Virus record (IMG/VR): IMGVR_UViG_3300034283_001314
Source: a virus
Taxonomy: Duplodnaviria; Heunggongvirae; Uroviricota; Caudoviricetes
DNA: 64,000 nt
Reading direction: 5' to 3' (one strand)
Part shown: positions 36,358-44,778 of the stretch, one piece after another
Position numbering within the stretch: position 1 is the stretch's first letter
How the letters are laid out: each line of letters starts with the position of its first letter
Translations under genes and position numbers: made by a program
The notes under the pieces: generated by a model
What the model saw: only the letters and a program-made list of their open reading frames with translations
Told to the model about the DNA's origin: nothing
The model's database searches: none

Positions 36358-36825
36358 ATGTTAAAGATTAAAAATAGTATATTAATATTTTCAATTATAC
36401 TAATATTCACATCTTGTCAAAAAAGAATTGATTATTCAACGGATATTAATAAGTTAAAAGCAGAGATAGAACTTTTAAAACAAAGTAATGTAAAATATGA
36501 AAATGATTTGAGTGTATTAAAAACACAAGTTAATCTATTTAAATTACAAATGGATTCTATAAAAATCCAAACGGATTCAATTCAAATAAAATTGAAAAAT
36601 GTAGACAAATCAATATCGAACATTTATACAATAATAGAAACTATTAATAAGTTAATGTTGGAAATTAATATAAAAATATATGATTTACAATATCAATTAG
36701 AACAAAATAGATTTGAATATTATAGAATAGTAAGTGCCTTAGTTGATATCATAGATAATATTGGTTTGTTAAACAGAGAAGTTTCAGGATTGATAGAGGC
36801 AGTTCAAAATCTACAAAAAAAATAA
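36358..36825 (+). CDS. coiled-coil lipoprotein
   Basis: 'SILIFSIILIFTSCQ' is a signal peptide with a lipobox. The remainder is predicted coiled-coil. Confidence 0.5.
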   Translation: MLKIKNSILIFSIILIFTSCQKRIDYSTDINKLKAEIELLKQSNVKYENDLSVLKTQVNLFKLQMDSIKIQTDSIQIKLKNVDKSISNIYTIIETINKLMLEINIKIYDLQYQLEQNRFEYYRIVSALVDIIDNIGLLNREVSGLIEAVQNLQKK

Positions 36826-36827
36826 CT

Positions 36828-37097
36828 ATGTTAACAATACAAAATCCACAAAAATTAATTGGGGAAAAATATAATGAAACATTTACTATCATTGGGGTTA
36901 AAGAACATAAACATCATTACGAATTTACATTAGGATATGATGCGAGTATAAAACCGGCAGTAGAAACAATATTACTACATAGAAAGCAAACCGATAACGG
37001 AATGTATGTAATGGAATACAATAGTAAAACACTTTGGTTAAACAAAGATGAATTTGATACGATAGATAAGATTATAATTTGTATGCAAACAATATAG
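36828..37097 (+). CDS. member of the ML(I/K)I(K/Q)N small-protein family
   Basis: Starts 'MLTIQNPQKLIG'. 'TIIGVKE' parallels 'TIAGVKE' in 37488. Confidence 0.5.
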   Translation: MLTIQNPQKLIGEKYNETFTIIGVKEHKHHYEFTLGYDASIKPAVETILLHRKQTDNGMYVMEYNSKTLWLNKDEFDTIDKIIICMQTI

Positions 37098-37107
37098 TAC
37101 ACTTTTT

Positions 37108-37143
37108 GGTGGGGCGGGGGTTGGGGGAAAAAAGTGTCGTTGG
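37108..37143 (+). other. G-rich island with G-quadruplex-forming potential (plus strand)
   Basis: GGTGGGGCGGGGGTTGGGGG...TGGG sits in otherwise roughly 30% GC intergenic DNA. Confidence 0.5.
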
Positions 37144-37176
37144 GAAATTTTTTTGATAGTATAAATCATATATACA

Positions 37177-37482
37177 ATGTTAATAATACAAAACATAGAT
37201 AAAATAAAAAGTAAATTACAACAAAAGGTAATCATTGAGGAATTTGAATTAGTATATAGATTCTACATTGATAACCCAAATTACTTAGGTGGCAAGAATG
37301 GTATATGGCAACCAATGAAGTGGGAAATTACATTGAGTAGAGTTCATCCACCTGATATAAATCATCCACATAGAAACTACTATCTATTATCAAATGGTAA
37401 AAAACAAATATGGTTACTACCAAATGAAATAACACTAGATAAGATAGTGGATAGTATTAAATTAATGGGATTCTTAAATTAA
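37177..37482 (+). CDS. member of the ML(I/K)I(K/Q)N small-protein family
   Basis: Starts 'MLIIQNIDKIKSKL'. Confidence 0.5.
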   Translation: MLIIQNIDKIKSKLQQKVIIEEFELVYRFYIDNPNYLGGKNGIWQPMKWEITLSRVHPPDINHPHRNYYLLSNGKKQIWLLPNEITLDKIVDSIKLMGFLN

Positions 37483-37487
37483 ACATA

Positions 37488-37832
37488 ATGCTGATAATAA
37501 AAAACATAGATAGAATAAAGCATAAGGTAATACAATTCGGTGGTGAGACATGGACGATAGCAGGTGTAAAAGAAGCTGGTTTGTTAGATGGTGATTATTA
37601 TCAATTCAGTATACATTCATTTTTTGGTAATAAGATGGTACATATATTTTTGAATAGAGAAACGAAAGGTGAAAAGCAGAAGGAGCAAGAGTATTATCAC
37701 TATGAGGGTAGAGGTGAATACTATGAATTGATAAGTAGCTGGGATAGTGATATGGTTACAATAAATAAAGAGTTATTAAGTAAGGAAGGATTATTAATGT
37801 TTATGCAAAAAATGTTAGAAACAATAAAATAA
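37488..37832 (+). CDS. member of the ML(I/K)I(K/Q)N small-protein family
   Basis: Starts 'MLIIKNIDRIKHK'. Confidence 0.5.
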   Translation: MLIIKNIDRIKHKVIQFGGETWTIAGVKEAGLLDGDYYQFSIHSFFGNKMVHIFLNRETKGEKQKEQEYYHYEGRGEYYELISSWDSDMVTINKELLSKEGLLMFMQKMLETIK

Positions 37833-37838
37833 GATACA

Positions 37839-38171
37839 ATGTTAAAGATACAAAATATAAATAAGATAAAAGGGTTGACAGTGAATGGTTGTAAAGTATT
37901 AGATATAGAATATAATACTATACAAAGAGGATATATTTTTACAATGGAAGATACACATGGTTTAAATTCAGAAAAAACAGGCCAGTTTTTAATTAAATTA
38001 TTAGATACCAATTATGAAGTAGATGAATATGAATTTTTTATAATGGGATGGAAGGTAGCAACTGAACGAAGTGTCACTAAAGAAAAAATCCGTAATATGA
38101 ATGGATTTGCAAATCAAATGTATGAACTGATTGAGAGAGGTGTTAAAGTTTTAAAAAGTTATAATAAATAA
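37839..38171 (+). CDS. member of the ML(I/K)I(K/Q)N small-protein family
   Basis: Starts 'MLKIQNINKIKGL'. Confidence 0.5.
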   Translation: MLKIQNINKIKGLTVNGCKVLDIEYNTIQRGYIFTMEDTHGLNSEKTGQFLIKLLDTNYEVDEYEFFIMGWKVATERSVTKEKIRNMNGFANQMYELIERGVKVLKSYNK

Positions 38172-38177
38172 AACCAT

Positions 38178-38501
38178 ATGTTAGTAATAAAGAATTGTGA
38201 AAAACTAAAAGGTGAGGAAGTCCTTAATTTTAGAACGGCGGAAAGGTATGAGATAGAAGGGATGTATGAAGATAGTGATTGTTATAAAATACATTTACGG
38301 TCCGTACATAAACCAATAGTAGATGAGGTATTTATACTATTAAGAAATAAAGTCCAAAACGAAAGCGGTTTTACATATAATTACTATACCCTATACAATA
38401 GTAATGAACCACAAAGCAGGCAGAATGTAACAATGGATATGATAAGATTAAAAGAAATGTTGTTACACTCAATAGAACAAATCTTAAAAATGAGAAACTA
38501 A
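38178..38501 (+). CDS. member of the ML(I/K)I(K/Q)N small-protein family
   Basis: Starts 'MLVIKNCEKLKGE'. Confidence 0.5.
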   Translation: MLVIKNCEKLKGEEVLNFRTAERYEIEGMYEDSDCYKIHLRSVHKPIVDEVFILLRNKVQNESGFTYNYYTLYNSNEPQSRQNVTMDMIRLKEMLLHSIEQILKMRN

Positions 38502-38506
38502 AAACA

Positions 38507-38779
38507 ATGTCGGTAGTAAAAATAATAATCATAATACTATTCAGTCTATTGAGTATAAAAGTAAAAGGACAGAGTATAGAGAAACAAAACGAAGATACAC
38601 TTACTCAATCAATATACTATCAACACACTATCATAAACACAAAGAGAATAAGTGTGTATGGGTATAGTTCATATGATTTAAACTTTGGAGATGAGAGTGG
38701 TATAGGTATTGTATATAGTATAAGGTATAGAAATAAAAAAAAGAAACTAAAACAAATAAGATATGAATATAATAAATAA
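38507..38779 (+). CDS. small secreted protein
   Basis: N-terminal signal peptide 'VVKIIIIILFSLLSIKVKG'. Confidence 0.45.
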   Translation: MSVVKIIIIILFSLLSIKVKGQSIEKQNEDTLTQSIYYQHTIINTKRISVYGYSSYDLNFGDESGIGIVYSIRYRNKKKKLKQIRYEYNK

Positions 38780-38789
38780 AATCTCTAAT

Positions 38790-38942
38790 ATGGATGGGAT
38801 AGACGAATATATCCTATTAAGTAAAGAGAGTATAGATAGGTTAGTGAATGATAGTAAGAGACTGGATGATAAGAGCCAAAAGTTAATCGTACAAATGAGT
38901 AAATGGATGTATGATAACGATATGATTGAATACGAAGATTAA
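38790..38942 (+). CDS. small hypothetical protein (50 aa)
   Basis: ATG ORF filling the gap. Confidence 0.3.
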   Translation: MDGIDEYILLSKESIDRLVNDSKRLDDKSQKLIVQMSKWMYDNDMIEYED

Positions 38943-38954
38943 ATAAAAAATACA

Positions 38955-39239
38955 ATGTTAAGTTATAGTGAAGATTTTGATTCCATAATTCATGTAAGAG
39001 TAAACGGAGAAACAATTATGGAATTAGAGAGAATATATGAAGTAGATGAAAATAAAAATTCTTATAGTGAAGTAGTTAATCAATGTAGGTTAATGAACAT
39101 ATTGAATAAAAAGCAGAAAGGATATGTACGGATTGAGAATGTAGAGTTATGGCAGTGTATATGGTATAGGGATAGTGGAATGTATGAGGAAATTCGTCTA
39201 ACTACAATTAAAGTAAATAATAAAAGAAAAAGGGTATAA
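38955..39239 (+). CDS. hypothetical protein
   Basis: ATG ORF. Confidence 0.45.
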   Translation: MLSYSEDFDSIIHVRVNGETIMELERIYEVDENKNSYSEVVNQCRLMNILNKKQKGYVRIENVELWQCIWYRDSGMYEEIRLTTIKVNNKRKRV

Positions 39240-39242
39240 AGT

Positions 39243-39533
39243 ATGTTGATAATAAAAAACCTATATAAGATAAGACACCAACCGATAGTAGAAGGATGGA
39301 TAGTATTTGATGTAGGATTGATAAGTAATACATTGGAGTACGAATTTATTTTACACAATACAATAGGGAATGCAATACAACGGGTTTATTTAGAAAGAGT
39401 AAAATCGAATCATAGATGGTATAGGTTATATACGGAAAGGAGAGGCAAAAGATATGTTCAATTAGTAACGAAAGAAACAATACAAAATATAAAAGAATTA
39501 TTAGAACACATACAAGTAGTAGGAATAAATTAA
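39243..39533 (+). CDS. member of the ML(I/K)I(K/Q)N small-protein family
   Basis: Starts 'MLIIKNLYKIRHQ'. Confidence 0.5.
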   Translation: MLIIKNLYKIRHQPIVEGWIVFDVGLISNTLEYEFILHNTIGNAIQRVYLERVKSNHRWYRLYTERRGKRYVQLVTKETIQNIKELLEHIQVVGIN

Positions 39534-39553
39534 TAAAACAAAACAAAATAAAA

Positions 39554-39697
39554 ATGGAAAAGATTAAAAAGATTTGGAATTTAGTGTATGTACCAACGGC
39601 ATTTATTTTAGGTGGATTGAATATGTGGATAGGTGAAACGGGTATAGGTTGTCTATTTATTTTATTTGCAACGAATGAAACAATAAATAAAGATTAG
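39554..39697 (+). CDS. small membrane peptide (47 aa)
   Basis: ATG ORF with a TM helix. Confidence 0.3.
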   Translation: MEKIKKIWNLVYVPTAFILGGLNMWIGETGIGCLFILFATNETINKD

Positions 39698-39970
39698 AGG
39701 ATATCATAATAGCTAAAAGATATATCAATATACTAATATACATATTTTGATATATACATACATAATAATAAGGTCCGATGTATGATATTTTACCACTTAC
39801 TCCCACATTCACCCACAATTCAACACACATAAGGGATACAAAGAACTATCATATTAAATAAAACCTATTAAAGTAGTTTTCAGTCCTTATCCATTCACAT
39901 TGTCGGACCGCAAAATTTTTTAGGGAATATTTTTACATAGTTAGTTCACACAAAAAAGAAACCTTTAATA

Positions 39971-40002
39971 TTTGGTAGTGTAAAATAAATTTCGTATCTT
40001 TG
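39971..40002 (+). promoter_or_regulatory. Bacteroidetes-type promoter
   Basis: TTTG at 39971-39974 and TATCTTTG at 39995-40002, spacing 20. Confidence 0.5.
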
Positions 40003-40116
40003 GTATAACAGACTGGGACAGAATATAATACATAATATTCTCAATCGTTGCTAGTTACTCCTTTTTACCCTTTGATAAGTGCAACACCCGGTCTGTTTTT
40101 TATAAAAGCCAATTTA

Positions 40117-40476
40117 ATGAATATAAAAGAATTTAAAAGAAATCATGCATTGAGAGTAATGACTTGGTGCAAACACAATATAGGCCTGAATGGTAGGAGA
40201 CACTATTTACCTATATTAGAATGGCATAGTTCTGGCGAAGATTGTGGCGATTATGATTTTGAAGATAATATTATTTCGGTTTATAAATCGCAACACAATT
40301 CAGTTTTAGAAATTATTCATACCATAATTCACGAGTGGTGTCACTACAAACAAAGCAAACAAAAATATTATAAATTTGATGAAGAGCTTGGTTACAATAA
40401 AAATCCTTTAGAAATTCAGGCAGATAAAATTGCGAATGAATTAAAATTTAAATGTAGAAAAGATTTATTTTATTAA
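40117..40476 (+). CDS. DUF955/ImmA-like HExxH protein
   Basis: 'IIHEWCHYKQ...EIQADKIANEL'. The ATG at 40117 is used because the track start at 40048 is TTG. Confidence 0.4.
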   Translation: MNIKEFKRNHALRVMTWCKHNIGLNGRRHYLPILEWHSSGEDCGDYDFEDNIISVYKSQHNSVLEIIHTIIHEWCHYKQSKQKYYKFDEELGYNKNPLEIQADKIANELKFKCRKDLFY

Positions 40477-40560
40477 TTCTATCGTGACGTCCGACAAAAT
40501 GAATAAAAGTAAAGTAATCCCTTTACCGAATCCCGGAAAAGTAAAGTTATAGCTAGACTT

Positions 40561-40765
40561 TATAACTCATTGGAAATCAACCACTTAGAAAATCCCTATA
40601 AAATACTGATAATCAACGAGTTATAACTTGCTGATAATCAATTAGTTGTGTAAAGTACTGAAAATCAATCAGTTATGCAATCCGTTGATTATCAGCAAGT
40701 TATGTCCGGTCCTAACATATAACAAAAAAACATATATGTAACTTGTTGATTATCTATAAAAAACT
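40561..40765. repeat. cluster of at least 5 dyad operator-like repeats
   Basis: Examples are 'ctgataatcaacgagttataacttgctgataatcaattagtt' and 'ccgttgattatcagcaagttatg'. 'catatatgtaacttgttgattatctat' is shared with the copy at 14563. Confidence 0.6.
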
Positions 40766-40783
40766 TTTAAAAATAGTTTGCCC

Positions 40784-40818
40784 GTTTGCCTTTTGTATTA
40801 AAAAAAGTCGTATCTTTA
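40784..40818 (+). promoter_or_regulatory. Bacteroidetes-type promoter (GTCGTATCTTTA class)
   Basis: TTTG at 40785-40788 and TATCTTTA at 40811-40818. It is preceded by the conserved 'aaaacttttaaaaatagtt'. Confidence 0.5.
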
Positions 40819-40865
40819 TGTATTGAGTTGAGAGATTGACTCGTCACATTAAAAAAAAATTATAT

Positions 40866-41240
40866 ATGAATAGTAGATTAACAAACCAATTTAGTGAAGT
40901 GGCTTTCAATACTGCCAGAAATGAGAAACCCGTTTATTTAAATTTCGCGGCGAGTAAAATGAGTCAGGCAGTTAAACCTAATTCAGTAGTAGAATTTAAA
41001 GACTTTATGGGTCGTTCGCATAAGGTAGTATGTAAGAACAATACCGAAATTAAAAAGGCGATGGCTTTCTTTAGTGAATTGAAAAAAGAGTCTTTAGCTA
41101 TTACGCGTATTATCGCACAATATCCAATGAGTTACGGACAAGTAACAAAGAAATTTATTCCTGAAGTTAGACGTGAGTTGAAAGGTATTGGGTTAAATAA
41201 CAAAAGTATTGAAAAGGTCCTTATTATGTATTGGGCCTAG
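40866..41240 (+). CDS. hypothetical protein
   Basis: The ATG at 40866 is used because the track start at 40836 is TTG. Confidence 0.5.
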   Translation: MNSRLTNQFSEVAFNTARNEKPVYLNFAASKMSQAVKPNSVVEFKDFMGRSHKVVCKNNTEIKKAMAFFSELKKESLAITRIIAQYPMSYGQVTKKFIPEVRRELKGIGLNNKSIEKVLIMYWA

Positions 41241-41288
41241 TTCTTTGACATTTTGGTTTTTCTTTTTTTCACAAATTAAATTTTTTAT

Positions 41289-41384
41289 ATGATTACAATT
41301 TTAGAGTTTATGATTATCGCGGTTAGTACAATTTTTGTATACGCATTTATTAAGACAGTAGTAGAAACAATTAAAAGCAAATAG
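41289..41384 (+). CDS. tiny membrane peptide (31 aa)
   Basis: ATG ORF comprising one TM helix. Confidence 0.25.
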   Translation: MITILEFMIIAVSTIFVYAFIKTVVETIKSK

Positions 41385-41388
41385 TAGT

Positions 41389-41706
41389 ATGAATAGGAAA
41401 AAACGAATTGATAGAAATCATATCATATACGAATTAACTAACACAATCAACGGCAAACAATATTTAGGTATTACTCAAGCAATAGGTAGAAGGTTTAACT
41501 ATTCAGTTTTACGAAGATTTCAAAAACACGTTAGTAGAGCAAAGCAAGAAGATTGGGGCTGGGCGTTGTATAAGGATATGAGAAAATTTGGACCTGATGT
41601 TTATGATGTTTGTTTGATTGAAGTAGTGAGAGGTAAAGCAGAAGCACATAAAATAGAAACGGAATTATTACAACGATACGAATACAAATTAAATTCAACA
41701 CACTAA
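41389..41706 (+). CDS. GIY-YIG nuclease domain protein
   Basis: 'IIYELTNTINGKQYLGIT...RRF..H' matches the GIY...YIG...R signature. Confidence 0.55.
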   Translation: MNRKKRIDRNHIIYELTNTINGKQYLGITQAIGRRFNYSVLRRFQKHVSRAKQEDWGWALYKDMRKFGPDVYDVCLIEVVRGKAEAHKIETELLQRYEYKLNSTH

Positions 41707-41717
41707 AAAATAAAACA

Positions 41718-42005
41718 ATGAGTAAAAACGAATTAACAAACGAAGAACAAATAGCAATGCAATTATTTAGCGTAGTATGTGCAGTGTTACAAAGCAACCA
41801 CACGCCACTAATAACAACGGCGGCAACAATGCAAACTTTAGAAAAGATTTTCAATGAAGAAGATGGTCCCTTTATGGCAAATGAAAATTCACGACAAATG
41901 ACTGTAGCAATGATTGATATAGCTAATGGCATTATAAGAAAGAAAGAAAAGGAATTAAGGGCAGAAGAAGGAGCGGATATTTTAGGTAACATTAACTGGA
42001 ACTAA
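41718..42005 (+). CDS. hypothetical protein
   Basis: ATG ORF. The 3' end is followed by the GGACCGGTAACAA motif. Confidence 0.5.
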   Translation: MSKNELTNEEQIAMQLFSVVCAVLQSNHTPLITTAATMQTLEKIFNEEDGPFMANENSRQMTVAMIDIANGIIRKKEKELRAEEGADILGNINWN

Positions 42006-42050
42006 TAAAGGACCGGTAACAATAAACAAAAAACAATAAAACATAAACAA

Positions 42051-42491
42051 ATGAGTACAAAATTAAACAAAGTAAATTTCTATTTCGGACAAGCTAATAA
42101 TGGTCGTAATGCAAATGATGTATCGTTAAAACAAAGTGATATTAAACATTTTCAACCTGGTACGATTGTAGTAGAATTATATAAAGATAATGTATCGGAT
42201 GAATGGTACACTAATAAAATATTTGAAGTTAGTGGCAATGTATATAAAACAAATACAGCTGTGAATACCGGTACGACTGCCGATTATTGTTATTCGGTAC
42301 CTGTAAGGACTGTAATGGAATCTAAAAATAAAATCTATATTAAACAAATTGCTAAATCAACTGGTAATCGCAATTGGTCTGGCTTATGTTATGGTAATAC
42401 TTTATTAAATTTAAATAACGATAAAACGTCAAAAGATTTAATGTATAAAATGTATGAACGCATTGTAGGTCTAATGCTTAGAAACAAATAG
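42051..42491 (+). CDS. hypothetical protein
   Basis: ATG ORF. The 3' end is followed by the GGACCGGTAACAA motif. Confidence 0.5.
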   Translation: MSTKLNKVNFYFGQANNGRNANDVSLKQSDIKHFQPGTIVVELYKDNVSDEWYTNKIFEVSGNVYKTNTAVNTGTTADYCYSVPVRTVMESKNKIYIKQIAKSTGNRNWSGLCYGNTLLNLNNDKTSKDLMYKMYERIVGLMLRNK

Positions 42492-42535
42492 GACCGGTAA
42501 CAAAAATAAATTCTTTAAAAAATAAATAACACAAT

Positions 42536-43111
42536 ATGAAATTAACAGCACAACAATTTAGATCATTCAAAGGTATGACAAATGCAAACGGATTAGATAC
42601 AGCAATCGCAGTATACATAAACCACGCACATAAACAAAAGATAGCAGATATGGTCGCATCATTTGGTATTAATACAATAAACCAATTTTGTAAATTTAAT
42701 TTTGAAGAATACGAAATGAGCTTCGGTAAGTTAATAGCATTGACAGATTTGCAAACAGCATTAAAAAAGCATATGAAAAAGAAAGTAACAAAAGTAGTAG
42801 CAAAGCGTAAAGCAACAACAGCAAAGGTTGCAAAGAAGGCGGTAGCTAAGAAAGTAACAAAGAAACAAAGTATAAAAGAAAAACTATTTAACCAATATAA
42901 GGTAGTGACACAATATAGTGAAAACTTAATGCAAGATATCTATTCAGTAGTATATAGAACAAAGGAACTAAAAAGATTTGTAAACACTAACCTAGCTAAT
43001 AAGTACATAGAGCAAGAGGTCCTATTGAAGATGAACGAACACGCAGTGAAAGAGCCTAAGAAAATAAAAGGCATTACAAAAGAATTGAAAGAAGAATTTG
43101 AAACACTATAA
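42536..43111 (+). CDS. histone H1-like lysine/alanine-rich DNA-binding protein
   Basis: 'KKVTKVVAKRKATTAKVAKKAVAKKVTKK' is a low-complexity basic segment. Confidence 0.5.
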   Translation: MKLTAQQFRSFKGMTNANGLDTAIAVYINHAHKQKIADMVASFGINTINQFCKFNFEEYEMSFGKLIALTDLQTALKKHMKKKVTKVVAKRKATTAKVAKKAVAKKVTKKQSIKEKLFNQYKVVTQYSENLMQDIYSVVYRTKELKRFVNTNLANKYIEQEVLLKMNEHAVKEPKKIKGITKELKEEFETL

Positions 43112-43313
43112 AAAAATATTTGGCAAGGTATTGTAGCAGATTAACTACTCGAAGGCAGTATGCGAGAGTGAAGACTGGCCATAGTATTAGAAGATAAAAG
43201 GTTACCCTTGAACTAAACCATGTTTTTGAACCTTATCTAATATGATTATATAGTGAGCTACTACGAAGGACATATCACTAATGGCATAGTAAAAACGCAA
43301 GAAAAATAATTTT

Positions 43314-43344
43314 AACCGGGATGTTTCTACATTCCGGTTTTTTC
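43314..43344 (+). terminator. rho-independent terminator
   Basis: AACCGGGATGT-ttct-ACATTCCGGTT followed by T6. Confidence 0.6.
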
Positions 43345-43366
43345 ATGTCCTCTCAAAACCAATCAT

Positions 43367-43451
43367 AGCAAGGGTCCTATCCAATCACACACAAAGCAAT
43401 GCCAGCAAGGGTTTCATCGATTCGCCGCAAACGTAGTGCCAGCAAGGGTTT
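43367..43451. repeat. AGCAAGGGT direct repeats (3 copies) in a GC-richer noncoding island
   Basis: The copies are agcaagggtcc, gccagcaagggttt and gccagcaagggttt. Confidence 0.45.
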
Positions 43452-43601
43452 GGTGAGAGTGGAGATTCTCCATTTCTTGTAAGTCGACAAATTAAATTTT
43501 TTTTATATATGAACCAGGTACACACATATTGTTGGGTAAAAATTTTCACTCTAGGGAAATGATATATTTATAAAGGTAGTACCTTATTTAACAATGTTAT
43601 A

Positions 43602-44777
43602 ATGAAGAAAATAAATCTTTATCAAGATAGTAAAGAGTGCCTGTTTTGGACTCGTAGTGAATTTGAAGAATTAGAAAAGAAGTATCCTAAGAAATTTGAA
43701 TTAGATAAAGAACAACCATTTGTGTTTGAACATGGTGGGTATGAGTTTAGACAATATATTCGTAACACATTTATTAGGGAAGATACTGGGTTAGACCCAA
43801 CGATAGAACTGGGTGATATTAATATATTTGTACTGACGGGTACTTTCCCACTATATAAAGTGATGAACTTACTAAATGAGTTTGAAAAAAATCCAGAAAA
43901 AAAATTCATCCTTATAGATAAACATCCTGAAGATTATTGGTTATGTATAGAAGCTATGAATAGTAATGAGTTATACGAAAGGATAGCTGGTATGAATAAT
44001 GTGAGTGTGTTTTGGGATAATTTGGCTAAGTTTAACAATTTCCATTTCCTACCTAAGATGATGATGCATAGTTATCATAATGTACATCAGTTCAATGGTT
44101 TCTTTTTCTTTAATGGATATGAAATCTTTAAACACCATCCAAAGGACAAGAGGATTGGAATCCATATAAACAAACATATGATTGATAAGATTAGGTATTA
44201 TCTATATACTAACTTTAAACATAATACACATAATAAGTTATTCTTTACTAACAGGAAGGAATATAAACACAGCGTATTTGAATTAAACTTTATCGATTCT
44301 AATAATGCTGGTACTGAAAGAGAATGGTTCAATTTACAATTCTTAGACCAAACATTGAAATCAGATATAGAAATAGTATACGAAACCTTTTCCATACAAG
44401 CCCGTAGAGATACATCCCTTAAGTGGAATGAAAAGAGTATTAAACACCTTTTCTTAGGTAAACCATTTATACATAGTGACCCAACGGCACATTCCCTATT
44501 TAAAGTATATGGATTAGAACCGTATAGAAGTTTGTATACGGATGAGTTATGGGAACTATACTCTAATTGGGATATGAGGGATTTTTTAGTATTGAAAGAT
44601 GGGTGGGATAGTTATCTACCTCTATTACAACGAAATATAGAGTGGTTGTTAGATATGGAGGATAGTGAGTGGAAAGAAAGGTTAGAGCTTGCCAATACCC
44701 TTGCTATGAAGAACAAAGAGGTAGTAAACAATTTAGTGTATAATCATTCTCTATTACCTTACTTAGATATTTATTGA
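43602..44777 (+). CDS. putative glycosyltransferase, fucosyltransferase-like (GT10-type motif)
   Basis: 'IVYETFS...KWNEKSIKHLFLGKPFI...FKVYGLEP'. Confidence 0.4.
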   Translation: MKKINLYQDSKECLFWTRSEFEELEKKYPKKFELDKEQPFVFEHGGYEFRQYIRNTFIREDTGLDPTIELGDINIFVLTGTFPLYKVMNLLNEFEKNPEKKFILIDKHPEDYWLCIEAMNSNELYERIAGMNNVSVFWDNLAKFNNFHFLPKMMMHSYHNVHQFNGFFFFNGYEIFKHHPKDKRIGIHINKHMIDKIRYYLYTNFKHNTHNKLFFTNRKEYKHSVFELNFIDSNNAGTEREWFNLQFLDQTLKSDIEIVYETFSIQARRDTSLKWNEKSIKHLFLGKPFIHSDPTAHSLFKVYGLEPYRSLYTDELWELYSNWDMRDFLVLKDGWDSYLPLLQRNIEWLLDMEDSEWKERLELANTLAMKNKEVVNNLVYNHSLLPYLDIY

Positions 44778-44778
44778 T

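Noticed and set aside
36828-39533. Tandem small genes and intergenic hairpins as a CRISPR-like array
   Set aside because: There are no direct repeats of constant length with unique spacers. The regularity comes from paralogous protein-coding genes, not from repeat-spacer units.
40048-40116. ORF-track start codons at 27789, 28639, 30638, 40048, 40836 and 45459
   Set aside because: Reading the sequence shows these are TTG or GTG triplets translated as M by the ORF finder. The first in-frame ATG was preferred in each case (27795, 28642, 30644, 40117, 40866, 45549). ORF 47082 was kept at TTG because the conserved N-terminus of its paralog requires it.
43563-43570. TATATTTA -7-like motifs before 43602 and before 48503 (48470-48477)
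   Set aside because: No TTG lies at the required 19-21 nt spacing upstream, so they were not called as promoters.
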